64,000 nucleotides of DNA from Scyliorhinus canicula (Eukaryota), in the NCBI RefSeq assembly GCF_902713615.1, contig NW_024055676.1:558877-622876 (forward strand). Reading direction: 5' to 3'. Below the pieces are notes generated by a model. The model saw nothing but the letters and a program-made list of their open reading frames with translations. It was not told the DNA's origin and did no database searches. A program made the translations under genes and the position numbers. Shown in pieces: positions 25,098-37,217 of the stretch; within the stretch, counting starts at the first letter, position 1; every line of letters starts with the position of its first letter.

Positions 25098-25279
25098 ACA
25101 CTGCTGGCCTTGTTCTGCATCATATAAAAATTGTCAATACATTTGGTTCAAAACAGAAGTTCAGGTCTTAATGCCTTGTTTGATTTCACTTTGCTGTGTT
25201 TAAATCCTCCCCTTCTAACCTCCTGTAAAAGGAGTTTCCAGAATCCATCACTGTCAGTTCTGCTGAGTGGACAGGGATC

Positions 25280-25700
25280 ACCACGCATGCGCCCTGCTGC
25301 ACACTGCCCCCTGCGAGGATGGCGGTGGTTAACTGGGGAAAGGCTCTACAGGAAAACCTTCCCTCGGTGCAAACTTGGGAGTGGTAATTTCTTGTTTTAG
25401 CTTTGAGGCCACTGGGTGTGTGTGAAGCCTCCCCTCCCACCCACTGCCCCTAACGCTGCCTCCACATATCCGCCTCCTTCCCGCCTAACGATGAGAGAAA
25501 CAAGCGTCTGTCCCTGGACATTAGTTGCACTGCGCATGCTCAACATCACAATACCCGGGGAATGATTGACGGCAGCTCCGGACCAATAGGAAGAGAGGGA
25601 AACTGGAGGACCGAGCAGGAGCGGCTGGTTCGCCAACCAATCAGAGTGAATGAGGGGCGGGGGTGATCGTGGACCTCCCTCATTGGCTGAGAGTCTGCAT
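25280..25700. promoter_or_regulatory. Promoter-like module P2, homologous to P1 and P3, with no intact gene attached
   Basis: GCATGCGC (~25285), TGCGCATGC (~25531), GGACCAATAGGA (~25579), ACCAATCAGA (~25636), GAGGGGCGGGG (~25652), in the same order as P1. Confidence 0.6.
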
Positions 25701-25984
25701 CATTTTTTCTTCCCATTGGCCACGTGGCGTGGGTTCCAGAATCTCATTTCCTGCCTGAGAGGTGTTGACCAATTGAAGACTTGGAGGACCGGATGGACTC
25801 TGGTCCTCCATCCAATCAGTCTGCGGGTTTTGTGTGATTGAATATTGAGCTTCACACAGACTGAAACTTCTTCCTGAGTCAAACTTGAATAAAACAATTT
25901 ATTTTTAGAGTCCATTGAGCCTTCTACAGAACTGCTACAAGGAACAACAAACGTTAACTCTGTTTCATTCGCCACAGATGTGGC

Positions 25985-26320
25985 ATGGGGGCACAGTGAT
26001 TAGCACTGCTGCATTGCACAGTGGTTAGCATTGCCGCACCAGCGACCTGGGTTCAATTCCAGCCTGGTGTGACTGTGTGGAGTTTGCACATTCTCCCCGT
26101 GTCTGTGTGGGTTCCCTCTGGGTGCTGCAGTTTTCTCCCACCGTCCAAAGATGTGCAGGTTTGGTGGATTGGCTGTGCTAAATTGCCCCTTAGTGTCCAA
26201 AGGTGAAGTTGGGTTACGGGGATAGGGCAAGAGAGTTTGAGCCTGGGTGGGGTGCTCTTTTGTAGGATTGGTGCAAACTCGATGGGACGAATGGCCTCCT
26301 TCTGCAATGTAGGGATTCAA
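25985..26320 (+). mobile_element. HE1-like SINE (family A)
   Basis: Full head, body and CR1-type tail. Confidence 0.85.
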
Positions 26321-26454
26321 TGATGCTGCCAGATCTGTTGAGTTAATCTCGCATTTTCTGTTTTTATTCTATATTACACACCTTTTTGATCCATTAATTA
26401 TATTTATTGAACCACTGTCGCATGAACTACCAGGAGCAGTGTGTTGATATTTCA

Positions 26455-26722
26455 GCTATTCCGGCCTTGGGTGTTTGTGTGGAGTTTGTACATTCTCCCC
26501 GTGACTGTATGAGTTCCCTCCGGGTGCTCCAATTTTCTCCAAAGATGTGCAGGTTGCGTGGATTGACCAATCGAAATTGCCCGTTAGTGTCCAAACAAAG
26601 GTTAGGTGGAATTACTGGGTTACGGGGATAGGGTGGAGGCATGCTCTTAAATAGGGTGCTTTTCCAAGGGCTGATGCAGTCTCAATGGGTGGAATGGCCT
26701 CCTTTTGCATTGTAAATTCTCT
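26455..26722 (+). mobile_element. HE1-like SINE, 5'-truncated (family A)
   Basis: Body and tail as above. Confidence 0.75.
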
Positions 26723-26784
26723 GATTCTGGAGGATTTTCTCTCTCACAGTCTGATCCGATGTGTCTGTTTGCCGGTATTTCCGA

Positions 26785-27078
26785 CGGTAGCACAGCGGTT
26801 AGCACTGTTGCTTCACAGCGCCAGGATTCCTCGTTCAATTCGTGTTTAGGTCACGGTCTGTGCGGTGTCTGCACGTTCCCTCCTTGTCTGCGTGGGTTTC
26901 CTCCGGGTGCTCCGGTTTCCTCCCACAAGTCCCGAAAGATGTGCTTGTTAGGTGATTTGGACATTTTGAATTATCCCTCTGTACACCCAAACAGGATTGT
27001 GGTGACTAGGGGCTTTTCACGGTAACTTCATTGCAATGTTAATGTAAGCCTACTTGTGGCAATAACAAAGAATATTAT
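26785..27078 (+). mobile_element. HE1-like SINE (family B)
   Basis: Head plus B tail ending GGCAATAACAAAGAATATTATT. Confidence 0.85.
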
Positions 27079-27084
27079 TATATG

Positions 27085-27420
27085 TTTGGGTACTTTAGGG
27101 AGCTGGTCGAACTTCCTTTATTCTACCTGTTGTCCCCTCGGATATTCCATCTGTTTTTGGTTAATGTGTCTGGAGTCTGAGTTCTTCCAGTCTGTCTCCA
27201 ATTCTCCTTCCTGTCTGGGGTATATGGGTCTAGGTAGCTTGGTGTTGTCATTTGTGTTGTTTAGTTGTCTGTCTGTCTCCAGCAGGTATTGTTGTCTCTC
27301 GATAATGACTGTGCTGCTACCCTTGTCTTCTGGTCTTATGAACATATCCGTGTTGGATCCAAGCTCCCGGATTGTCTGTCTTTCTCTCCGGGTGAGATTC
27401 TGTTTGTCTCTTGTATTTCA
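27085..27420 (-). mobile_element. Penelope-like element RT N-terminal fragment
   Basis: IRPEDKGSSTVIIERQQYLLETDRQLNN resembles the PADKG motif of Penelope-like RTs. Confidence 0.65.
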
Positions 27421-27424
27421 CTGT

Positions 27425-27990
27425 GACAGGGCAGAGATCTGATTGAAGGGTTCAAACATGGGAATTCTGGGAAAGATAGTCAAGGATTTGGGAGGTGACA
27501 ACATGTTTAAAGAGTTAGGAGAGGAAAGGGAGGTTGAAGATGAGGCAGTAATTTGTAAGGATGGCAGGGTCAAGGGTTTGTTTTATTGAGGGGGTGATGA
27601 TGGCAGATTTGAAGGACAGAGGGACAGTACCTGAAGAGAGAGAAATGTTGACAATATTCATGGACATAGTGTAGTTGGCTGATCAGTAGCTCAGTGGGAA
27701 TAGGGTCGATGTAGCAGGAGCTGGGTCTCATGGACAAGATGAGCGCTGAGAGGGCATGAGGGGAGAGAAACTAGAGAAAGATGTGGGTTCAGGGCTCGGG
27801 AAAGGATGAAATTTAGAGACAGTTTGGTCCGGTGTGCTCGTGGAAGGGAGGGAAGCAGCAGAGGCAGCTGATCGGATTTACTCAACCTCAGTCACAAAGA
27901 AGCTCCACAAGCTCCTCACACTTCTTGTTGGAGGTGAGGATGGAAGAGACAGGGGAGAGTGAGAGAACTTCAAAAGGAACTAACCTGTGT
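27425..27990 (-). mobile_element. Degenerate L2-like LINE fragment
   Basis: Minus strand ..ATCGACCCTATTCCCACTGAGCT (DPIPT.L) and pyrimidine-rich L2-like sequence. Confidence 0.5.
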
Positions 27991-28165
27991 CAAGATATTA
28001 AAAAGTTTCAACACACTGCGTATTTAACATAAATCTAATTTATTTGATTTTTAGCCAGAATATCAGCTCCTGTAAATGGGCTGGAGTTTGTGATCAGCAG
28101 AAAGAGACCCAAATTAACCTGGTTCAGTCCTGAATGTGAGGAACAGCAAAATCCAATCACTATGG

Positions 28166-29035
28166 TTACTTGTGGCCTCGTTGGTGTGTCAGCAGGTTGG
28201 ATGAAGTGGTGAATCCCTTCCCACACTTGACACAGGTGTATGGCCTCTCCCCAGTGTGAATTCGTTGATGTACAGTGAGGTTAGATGATTGTCTGAACCC
28301 AGTCCCACAGTGAGAGCACCTGAACGGTTTCTCATCAGTGTGAACACGTTGATGGTTCATCAGTTCCCCGGAACTTTTATAGCACTTACCACAGTCTGGA
28401 CATTGAAACGGTCTCACATCAGTGTGAACTCGCTGGTGTGTGGACAGAGTGGATGACTCAGTGAATCCCTTCCCACATTTGGAGCACGTGAACGGTCTTT
28501 CCCCAGTGTGAATTCGCTGGTGACTCAGCAGGGAAGATGACTTAGTGAATCCCTTCCCACATTTGGAGCACGTGAATGGTCTCTCCCCAGTGTGAACTCG
28601 CTGGTGTCTCAGCAGGTGGGATGACTTAGTGAATCCTTTCCCACACTCTGAACAGGTGAATGGTCTCTCCCCAGTGTGAATTCGCTGGTGTATGGACAAA
28701 GTGGATGACTGAGTGAATCCCTTCCCACACTTGGAGCATGTGAATGGTCTCTCCCCAGTGTGAACTCTCTGGTGTTTCCGCAGGTCAAATGACTGTGTGA
28801 ATCCCTTCCCACACTTGGAGCAGGTGAATGGCCTCTCCCCAGTGTGACTGCGTCGATGAGTTTCCAGCTTGGATGGGGAACTAAATTCTTTCCCACAGTC
28901 CGCACATTTCCACGGTTTCTCCTCAGTGTGACTGCATTTGTGGCTTGTGAGGCCTGATGATTGACTGAATCCTCGTCCACACACACAACACGTGTACGGT
29001 TTCTCCCCACTGTGAACAATGCTTTTTCCTTCCAT
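28166..29035 (-). CDS. C2H2 zinc-finger protein ZNF-2 (10 fingers), paralogue of ZNF-1; ATG at 29035
   Basis: Uninterrupted ORF; acceptor TTTTCACAG at 29144-29145; AATAAA (minus) at 28039-28044. Confidence 0.9.
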   Translation of the reverse strand: MEGKSIVHSGEKPYTCCVCGRGFSQSSGLTSHKCSHTEEKPWKCADCGKEFSSPSKLETHRRSHTGERPFTCSKCGKGFTQSFDLRKHQRVHTGERPFTCSKCGKGFTQSSTLSIHQRIHTGERPFTCSECGKGFTKSSHLLRHQRVHTGERPFTCSKCGKGFTKSSSLLSHQRIHTGERPFTCSKCGKGFTESSTLSTHQRVHTDVRPFQCPDCGKCYKSSGELMNHQRVHTDEKPFRCSHCGTGFRQSSNLTVHQRIHTGERPYTCVKCGKGFTTSSNLLTHQRGHK

Positions 29036-29439
29036 GTTCAATGTACATTGATATTCAGGATATGATAAATTGAGGACTCAGTCAGATCCTGATGTGATGC
29101 TTGGTTTGAGTTTCCGGACTTTGAAGCCTCCCCTTCGAACACCCTGTGAAAATGATTGAAAACAGAAAATAGGGAGTGAGAGAGAACCCACAAAAACACA
29201 AAGGCAGGTTGTGAAATTGAGCTGAATGAATCTGGTCATTTGTGGGGTCTACACTGGGAAAAAGTGACCATGAAAACTGCTGGATTGTTATAAAACCCAA
29301 CTGGCCTCTTTGGGAGGAGAGAGAAAGAGGTGTAGAGGGATTTTGTATATCTGCGAGTCATATTAAAGAGAATAGATGGCAAAGCAAATTCGACCTTGAG
29401 CTTCATAAACAGTAATACTGATACCAAAACTATGCTTCT

Positions 29440-29782
29440 GGTGGCACGGTGATTAGCAATGCTGCCTCACAGCACCAGGGACCCGGGTTCAATTCCGTGG
29501 TGACTGTCTGTGTGGAGTTTGCACTTTCTCCCCGTGTCTCCGTGGGTTTCCACCCAGTGCTCAGGTTTCCTCCAACAAGAAGGGAAAGTTAGGTGGATTG
29601 GCCTTGATAAATTGCCCCTTAGTGTCCAGGGATGTGCTGGTTAGGTGGAGCTATGGGGTTACAGGGACAGGGGAGGGGTGTGGGCCGAGGCAGGGTGCCC
29701 TTTCAGAGAATCAGTGCAGACTTGATGGGCCAAATGGCTTCCTTCTGCACTGTAGGAATTCTATGGTTCTAATTCTATTCTA
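29440..29782 (+). mobile_element. HE1-like SINE (family A), same position as the 9393 copy within the duplicated block
   Basis: Identical junction AACTATGCTTCTGGTGGCA in both paralogues. Confidence 0.85.
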
Positions 29783-30729
29783 TGAATCTTTATAAAGCTC
29801 TGGTCACCACTCTTCAGGAAGGATGTGAAGGTTGTTGAGAAGGTGCTGAGGAGATTTACCAGAATGGTTCCAGCAAAGGAGGTTGAGGGGAGATTTGATT
29901 CAGGTCCACAAGGTTCTGCCAAGTTTTGATCAGGTGGGCAAAGAAACTGTTTCCATTCACTGATCGTACAAGCACTAGGGACACAGATTTAAAGTTTTGG
30001 GTAAAACCTGGATTGAACTATACAAGATCCTGATGTGGAGAGGATGTTTCCTCTTGAGGGAGAATCGAGAACGAGGGTGTCACTGTTGCAAAATAAGAAG
30101 TCACCTATTTCGGATGGAGATGAGGATTTTTTATTCTCTTGAGGGCTATCAGACTTTGGAACTCACGTCCTTAAAAGGCAGTGGAAGCAGAGCCCTTGAA
30201 TATTTTTAAGGCAGAGCTGGATAGATTCTTGATGAGCAAGGGGGTGAAAGGTCATCAGTGGTAGGCAGGAATATGGAGTTGAGGTTAGAATGAAATCAGC
30301 CGCAATCTTATTGAATGCTGTACAGTAAGAAGTCTTACAACACCAGGTTAATGTCCAACAGATTTGTTTCAAACCTATTGAATGCTGAGCAGGCTTGAGG
30401 GGCCGAGTGGCCTGTTCCTAGTTTGTATGTGAAAGGTACAGGAGATATGAGGTGATATGAGAAATATGTTTTTACACAGCGAGCGGCAATGACCTGAAAC
30501 TTGCTGCCTATCAGGGAGTTTGAAAATAGATACATGAATCATTTGATTTCAAAAGGAAATTGGATACACAGTTGAGGGAAATAAACCTGTGAGGATACAG
30601 GGAGCAGGAGAATGGCACACACTGGATTGTTCCAGAGAGCTAGCATGGATTCAATGGCCGAATGCCCTTCTCTGTGCCATCATGTCTCTGACTCTTTTGT
30701 GTAATCTAGTTTTGGAATTTAACCACGGA

Positions 30730-31038
30730 GGGTTCAGATATCACTCAGATAAATCTGTGCTACACTCCCTCCGAGGCCATTCTATCCTTCCTCAGGTTTG
30801 TTGCCCAGAACTGAACACAGTTCTCCAGGTTTGGTCTAACCAGGGTTTGTGAATCTCGGGGCTTTTCCAGTCACACAGAGACCTGAAATCTTCCCTCACA
30901 GACAGATCAGACAAACTTTTACCTTCCACACCCAGATGCTGCTGATATTCAGGTTCTGATGAATCGAGTGACTTTGTCAGATCGCGATGTGACGTTTGGT
31001 TTGTGTTTCCCGTCTGTTAAACCTCCACTTCCAGTATC
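30730..31038 (-). pseudogene. Second copy of the ZNF exon remnant/CR1 fusion
   Basis: Near-identical to 14760-15069; acceptor TTTGCAG at 31039-31040. Confidence 0.75.
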
Positions 31039-31299
31039 CTGCAAATTTACAGGAACCTCATTGTCAGTTTAGGATAGAAATTCACAACATTCTCTCCTCG
31101 CCAACTTTGATTAAATGTATTCCTGGAGGGTTGATCACATGACCTGCCCCATCCTCCAGCCATTAATCGGTCAACACATCCATCCTTGTGACACACTGCC
31201 TTCCTCAGCCAATTGGGAGGCAAAATGACTCATTACCTCACAGGACAGTGATTGACCGTCAGCCAAACGACCTTTATCCCATTTTCAATATTTTTATAT

Positions 31300-31570
31300 A
31301 CCCCCCACACTCCATCCCCCCCCCCACTCCCTCCACCCACCCCCCCACTCCCTCCACCCCCCCCCCCACTCCCTCCACCCACCCCCCCACTCCCTCCACC
31401 CACCCCCCCACTCCCTCCACCCACCCCCCACTCCCTCCACCCACCCCCCACTCCCTCCACCCACCCTCCCCCCCACCCACATACACTCACCCCCTCCGCC
31501 CCCCCACATACATTCACTCCCTCCCCCCCCCACCCACCCACCCACCCACCCACATACACTCACTCCCTCC
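31300..31570. repeat. C-rich ~21-bp tandem repeat (CACTCCCTCCACCCACCCCCC) decaying into CCCA repeats
   Basis: Visible periodicity; G-rich on the minus strand. Confidence 0.9.
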
Positions 31571-31639
31571 GTTCTCACTCTGCTGCATCGAAGATACACC
31601 TGAAGGTGCTAACACATGCTGATGGACAGATCTGGTAAA

Positions 31640-31798
31640 CCGCTGGCTTTAAAAGCAGACCAAGCAGGCCAGCAGCACGGTTCGATTCCCGTACCAGCCT
31701 CCCCGGACAGGTGCCGGAATGTGGCGACTAGGGGCTTTTCACAGTAACTTCATTGAAGCCTACTCGTGACAATAAGCGATTTTCATTTTCATTTTCAT
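31640..31798 (+). mobile_element. SINE family D
   Basis: GGTTCGATTCCCGTACCAGCCTCCCC..GTGACAATAAGCGATTTTCATTTTCA. Confidence 0.85.
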
Positions 31799-32089
31799 CT
31801 GCACAGCATTTCATATTCTCAACGGAGAGATCTTAAGAACCTCAGGACAGGAATCGGCCATTCGGCCCATCAATCCTGCTCTTCTATTTAATAAGATCAT
31901 GGCTGATCGGATTGTGACCCTAAACTTCATTTTCTTCCTGTCACCCACAACCTTTGACTGCCTTTTGGATCTAACTGAGCCTTGAATATATTTAATGAAG
32001 CAGCTTCCACTGCTGACTGGGAATTTCCTTCCTTGCCAGAGATCAGAGTCCTCATTGATTTTAGCCCCGCAGCTGCAAACCAGGGAGCT

Positions 32090-32420
32090 GGCAATGATGG
32101 TGAAGGGTTTGCGGACCCACAAAGTGTTTCCAAATCCTCCCACCCACCGCCTGACGCTGACTCCGCTTCTCCGGCTCCTTCCGCCGAAGGCCTCGACCCC
32201 GCGCATGCGCAATTATGTTCAGCCCTGGCAGCTGCACCACGCATGCTCCAGCTCCCTGGGAATGATTGACGGCGATTCGCGATCAACAGAAAGTGGGGGC
32301 GGGTCTGGAGAACCGAGTGGGAGAGGCTGGTCCTCCAGCCAATCAGAGACAATGAGGGGCGGGGCTGAGCTGTCTCGGGTCCGTGATCGGTTCCGGGGGG
32401 AGTTGACGGTGCTCCGGGAG
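32090..32420. promoter_or_regulatory. CpG-rich promoter P3 between ZNF-2 (-) and ZNF pseudogene (+)
   Basis: CGCGCATGCGCA (~32200), GCCAATCAGA (~32338), GAGGGGCGGGGC (~32354); homologous to P1 and P2. Confidence 0.7.
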
Positions 32421-32599
32421 GACGGATCTGCCAGGTTGGTGGAGAGGCATCAAAACATCCTTTTCAAGATGAAACCATGAGAAATAACTTCTCCGTCCCC
32501 ATATTTGCACCGAACAGGGTCACAACTTCTCGTGATAGGCCTTAGTTGACGCCACCTTTCTGGTGGGGTGGAGATGCCGCCTCTGGGCTGGGGTGAGCC

Positions 32600-32880
32600 C
32601 AGGGAGAAGTCTCACAAAACCAGGGTAAAGCCCAACAAATTTATTGGAAATCACAAGCTTTCGGAGCGCTGCTCCTTCCTCAGGTGAAGTGGAGGCAGGT
32701 TCACAGGCACAGTAGAAATAGGCAGATAAATAATTGCCAGATAATTGCAGACTGGAATGTGAGTCTCTGTAGGAACAGTCTGAGTGGAGTGAGGGATAAT
32801 CACAGGTAATCGAGGTGTGAATTGTCTCAAACCAGGACAGTGAGTAGGATTCTGTAAATCCGGGCAGTATGGTAGGGGTT
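32600..32880 (-). mobile_element. Penelope-like terminal fragment
   Basis: Minus strand TCACCTGAGGAAGGAGCAGCGCTCCGAAAGCTTGTGATTTCCAATAAA (SPEEGAALRKLV); a smaller related piece lies at ~30323-30373. Confidence 0.6.
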
Positions 32881-32904
32881 ACATGTAATGTGATAATTCC
32901 TATC

Positions 32905-33617
32905 ACATTCAAATTCAAATTCCTAGGGGTGCACATCACCAAAGATCTGTCCTGGTCCACTCACGTCGACGCTATCACCAAGAAAGCACAACAGTGCCTA
33001 TACTTCCTCAGGAAACTAAGGAAATTCAGCATGTCCACATTAACCCTTACCAACTTTTACAGATGCACTATAAGAAAGCATCCTATCGGGCTGCATCACA
33101 GCCTGGTATGGCAACTGCTCGGCCCAGAACCGCTAGGAACTTCAGAGAGTCGTGAATACTGCCCAGTCCATCACACAAACCTGCCTCCCATCCATTGACC
33201 CCCATCTACACCTCCCGCTGCCTGGGGAAAGCGGGCAGCATAATCAAAGATCCCTCCCATCCGGCTTACTCACTTTTCCAACTTTTTCCATCGGGTCAGG
33301 AGATACAGAAGTATGAGAACACGCACGAACAGACTCAAAAACAGCTTCTTCCCCCACTGTCACCAGACTCCTAAATGACCCTCTTATTGACTGACCTCAT
33401 TAACACTACACCCTGTATGCTTCATCCGATACCAATGCTTATGTAGTTACATTGTATATCTTGTTTTGCCCTATTATGTATTCTCATGTATTTTCTTGAA
33501 TTTTGTTTAATTCCCCTTTCTTCCATGTGCTGAATGATCTGTTGAGCTGCTTGCAGAAAAATACTTTTCACTGTACGTCGGTACATGTGACAATAAACAA
33601 ATCGAATCCAATCCAAT
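32905..33617 (+). mobile_element. Rex1/Babar LINE 3' part with (AATCC)n tail
   Basis: FKFLGVHITKDLSWSTHVDAITKKAQQ.LYFLRKLRKF; ends GTGACAATAAACAAATCGAATCCAATCC. Confidence 0.88.
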
Positions 33618-33709
33618 ATGAACCCGAGATCCCGGTTCAGGCCGGCGTCACGCGAGCAGAGTTTGACGACCAGTTTCTGCTCGGCAATTCTGTGTTGTCG
33701 TGTGTCTTT

Positions 33710-33925
33710 TTAAAAATAAATTTAGAGAATCCAATTATTTTTCCCCAATTAAGGGGCAATTTAGTGTGGCCAATCCACCTAACCTGCACATCTTTGGGTT
33801 GTGGGGGTGAAACCCACACATACATGGGAAGAATGTGCAAACTCCACAAGGACAGTGACCCAGGGCCAGGATTTAAACCCGGGTCCTCAGCGCTGCAGTC
33901 CCAGTGCTAACCACTTATTATGCCG
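33710..33925 (-). mobile_element. HE1-like SINE (family C)
   Basis: Reverse-complement head and A-rich tail. Confidence 0.8.
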
Positions 33926-34379
33926 CCCTTGTTGTCGTGTATCTTGAAGGCCGCCTTGGAAAATGTTTACCCAAAGACTGGAGGCTCAATCTTTCTGGTG
34001 GGCAAGATGCAGCAAGGCGCATGTCCGGCCGCCATCTGTGTAAGGGGCAAAATTTTGAATGACTGGGAGGAGATTGTTCCCATTGTTCAGAATGGAGGCA
34101 GCCTGTCCATCAAACTGCATTAGCCTTTGATCTGGGGAATTTGACCCTCCATTTCCCTTGTTTGCAGGGACCCAGATGATAAGTAGAGAAGTAAAGGAAA
34201 ATAAGTGAATTCTGCTCTCTGGATCTCTCTCCCTCCTGGGATATCGTGCACCATGCCTCCAAAGATTTGTGGGTCTGTTCTTTACTCTGGGCCTGAATCC
34301 ATCTCCATCACCCCTGCTCTCCCGAATCACCTTCCACCATTGTTCTCTGTCTTCAGTAATGAATGAGTTTAACATATTT

Positions 34380-35025
34380 TAAATATATTTAGCATGGTTC
34401 CATTGATCAGAAACTGAACTGGACTAGCCACATTAATACTGTGGCTACCAGTGCAGGTCAAAGGCTAGGAATCCTACGGCGAGTAACTCACCCCCTGACT
34501 CGCCTCAAAGCCTGTCCATCATCTGTAAGGCACAAGTCAGGACTGTTATGGAATACTCTCCACTTGCCTGGATGAGTGCAGTTCTAACAACACTAAAGAA
34601 GCTCGACACCATCCAGGACAAAGCAGCCCCGCTTGATTGCCCCCCTTCCACAAACATTGAAACCCTCCACCACCGACTAACAGTGGCAGCCGTGTGTACC
34701 ATCTACAAGATGCACTGCAGTAACTCACCAAGGTTCCTTAGACAACACAATCCAAACCCATGACCACTACCATCTAGAAGGACAAGAGCAGCAGACATCT
34801 GGGGACCCCACCACCTGGAGGCTTCCCTCCAAGTCACTCACCACCCTGAGCTGGGAATATATCGCCGCTCCTCCTGTCACTGGGGCAATATCCTGGAACC
34901 ACTTCCCTAACAGCACAGTGGATGTACCTACATGCCATTGACTGCAGTGGTTCAAGAAGGCAACTCAGTGCCACCTTCTGAAGGGTATCTAAGGATGGAG
35001 AATAAATGCTGGCCTAATCAGCATC
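34380..35025 (+). mobile_element. CR1/L2-group LINE C-terminus and 3' end
   Basis: MEYSPLAWMSA..LKKLDTIQDKAA..LHHRLTVAAVCTIYKMH. Confidence 0.75.
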
Positions 35026-35342
35026 CTGTAAATTAATTTTTTTAAAAAATGTTATTGTTACTTCCACCGACCATGTCTAAATGAGGTTTCCATCACTGCT
35101 CATCCCCCGACCATCTCACTGCACCTTTCAGAGTCAGGAATTGTTTTTCCTGTGGCGTAAAGCATTTTTCTTCCACTTCTGAGTTTATATTGACCATTTT
35201 TATTCTCTGGAGTTCGTTCTGCACAAAGTGAAAATGTGAAATCTGTTTCCCTCCCCACAGATCCTGCTGAGTGTTTCCAGCATTTCCTCTTTTTATTTCA
35301 GCTTTCCAGCAACTGCAGTATTTTGATTTTTTTATTGCAAGA

Positions 35343-35452
35343 AATGAAAATGAAATGAAAATCGCTTATTGTCACGAGTAGGCTTCAATGAAGTTACTGT
35401 GAAAAGCCCCTAGTCGCCACATTCCGGCGCCTGTCCGGGGAGGCTGATACGG
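35343..35452 (-). mobile_element. SINE family D, 3' half
   Basis: Reverse complement of the D 3' module and (TTTCA)n tail. Confidence 0.8.
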
Positions 35453-36837
35453 GAACCTCACCACAGAGTCACTCATGGAAACACAGGCAGACCAATTAAG
35501 ATCCAGTTTTTAGCAGGGTGGGTCCAGAGGCAGAATCTGGTCCATGGCCTCCAGTGTAAGTCTTTTTGCATTGAATCATTGAGTGATTACAATACAGACA
35601 GGGGCAGGGGCCATTCGGCCTGTCTAGCCTGTGCTAGCTCTCTGCGAGAACAAATGAACTTTTTCCACTTCCCTCCCTCTAACTAACAAGAGAAAGACCA
35701 GAGCAGGGAGAAGATAAGAGAGAGAGAGAGAGTGTCAAGGGCAGAGAGGAGATTACACAGTGAGAGAGAGACAAGCACTGAGGTGGAAATAAACGGTCTT
35801 GGTTATGATGTGGTTGGAAACCCATATTTAGGTGAAAGATGACACTGAGATTGTGAACCGTTTGATTCAGACAGTTCCCAGGGAGAGGGATGGAGCCACT
35901 GGTGAGGGAGTGGAGTTTATAACTGGGACTGAAGACAAGGCTTCAGTCTTGTCAATAATGAAATTGAGAGAGGAAATTTCTGCTTATCCAGTACTGGATA
36001 TCTGATTAGTCAGGACGGTATGTTACCTGGAGGGGAAACACAAGATGACGATGTTCAATATGGAAGATTATTATTATTAATATATACCTGCTATCCCAGT
36101 CCTTTTGGGTGGTACATGTTGAGGGTTGGCAGACTTTTGTCGAGTTGTAGCTGTATAAACTTCATCCCCTTCAACCCTGCTGCTCCACGTCGCTCTCTCT
36201 CTCTTTGTGTTTATGTGGGTTCTCTCTCACTCCCTTTTTTCTGTTTTAAATCAGTTTGACAGGACATTGGAAAAGTAGCCAATAATCATCACCTGAATAT
36301 CATCAGATTTTGAACATGGAATAGAAAAGCACTGTTCACAGTGAGGAGAAACCGTTCACGTGTTCTGTGTGTGGACGAGGATTCAGACAATCATCTGACC
36401 TGTTAAAACATCAGCGCAGTCACACTGGGGAGAGACCATTCACCTGCTCTCAGTGTGGGAAAGGATTCATTCAGTCATCCAACCTACTGAGACACCAGCG
36501 GATTCACACTGATGAGAGACCTTTTAAATGCCCAGACTGTGGGAAGTGCTATAAAAGTTCTGGGGATCTGAAGTCCCATCAACGTGTTCACACTGACGAG
36601 AAACCGTTCAGATGCTCTCACTGCGAGACTGGGTTCAGGCGATCATTTAACCTCACTCAACACCAGCGAGTTCACACCAGGGAGAGACCATTCACCTGCT
36701 CTAACTGTATGAAAGGATTTATTACCCCATCCCAACTGCGGACACACCAACGCATTCACACTGGGGAGAAGCCATTCACTTGCTCCAAGTGTGGGAAGGG
36801 GTTCACTTGTGCATCAGCTATGCTGGTTCACCAGTGA

Positions 36838-36987
<150 letters not shown>

Positions 36988-37217
36988 TGAAGTCCCATCA
37001 ACGTATTCACACTGATGAAGGACCATTCAGCTGCTCTCCCATTGGGACTGGGTTCAAACGATCATCTGACCTTACTGTACATCAGGGCACTGACACTGAG
37101 AGAGGCTGTTCACCTGCTGTGAGTGTGGGAAGGGATTCACTTGTTCATCACACTTGCTGACACACCAGAAGGTTCACACTGATGAGACCTTTTAAATGTC
37201 CAGATTGCGGGAATTTT

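Noticed and set aside
31188-31638. Proline-rich and glycine-rich ORFs
   Set aside because: Translations of the C-rich 21-bp repeat.
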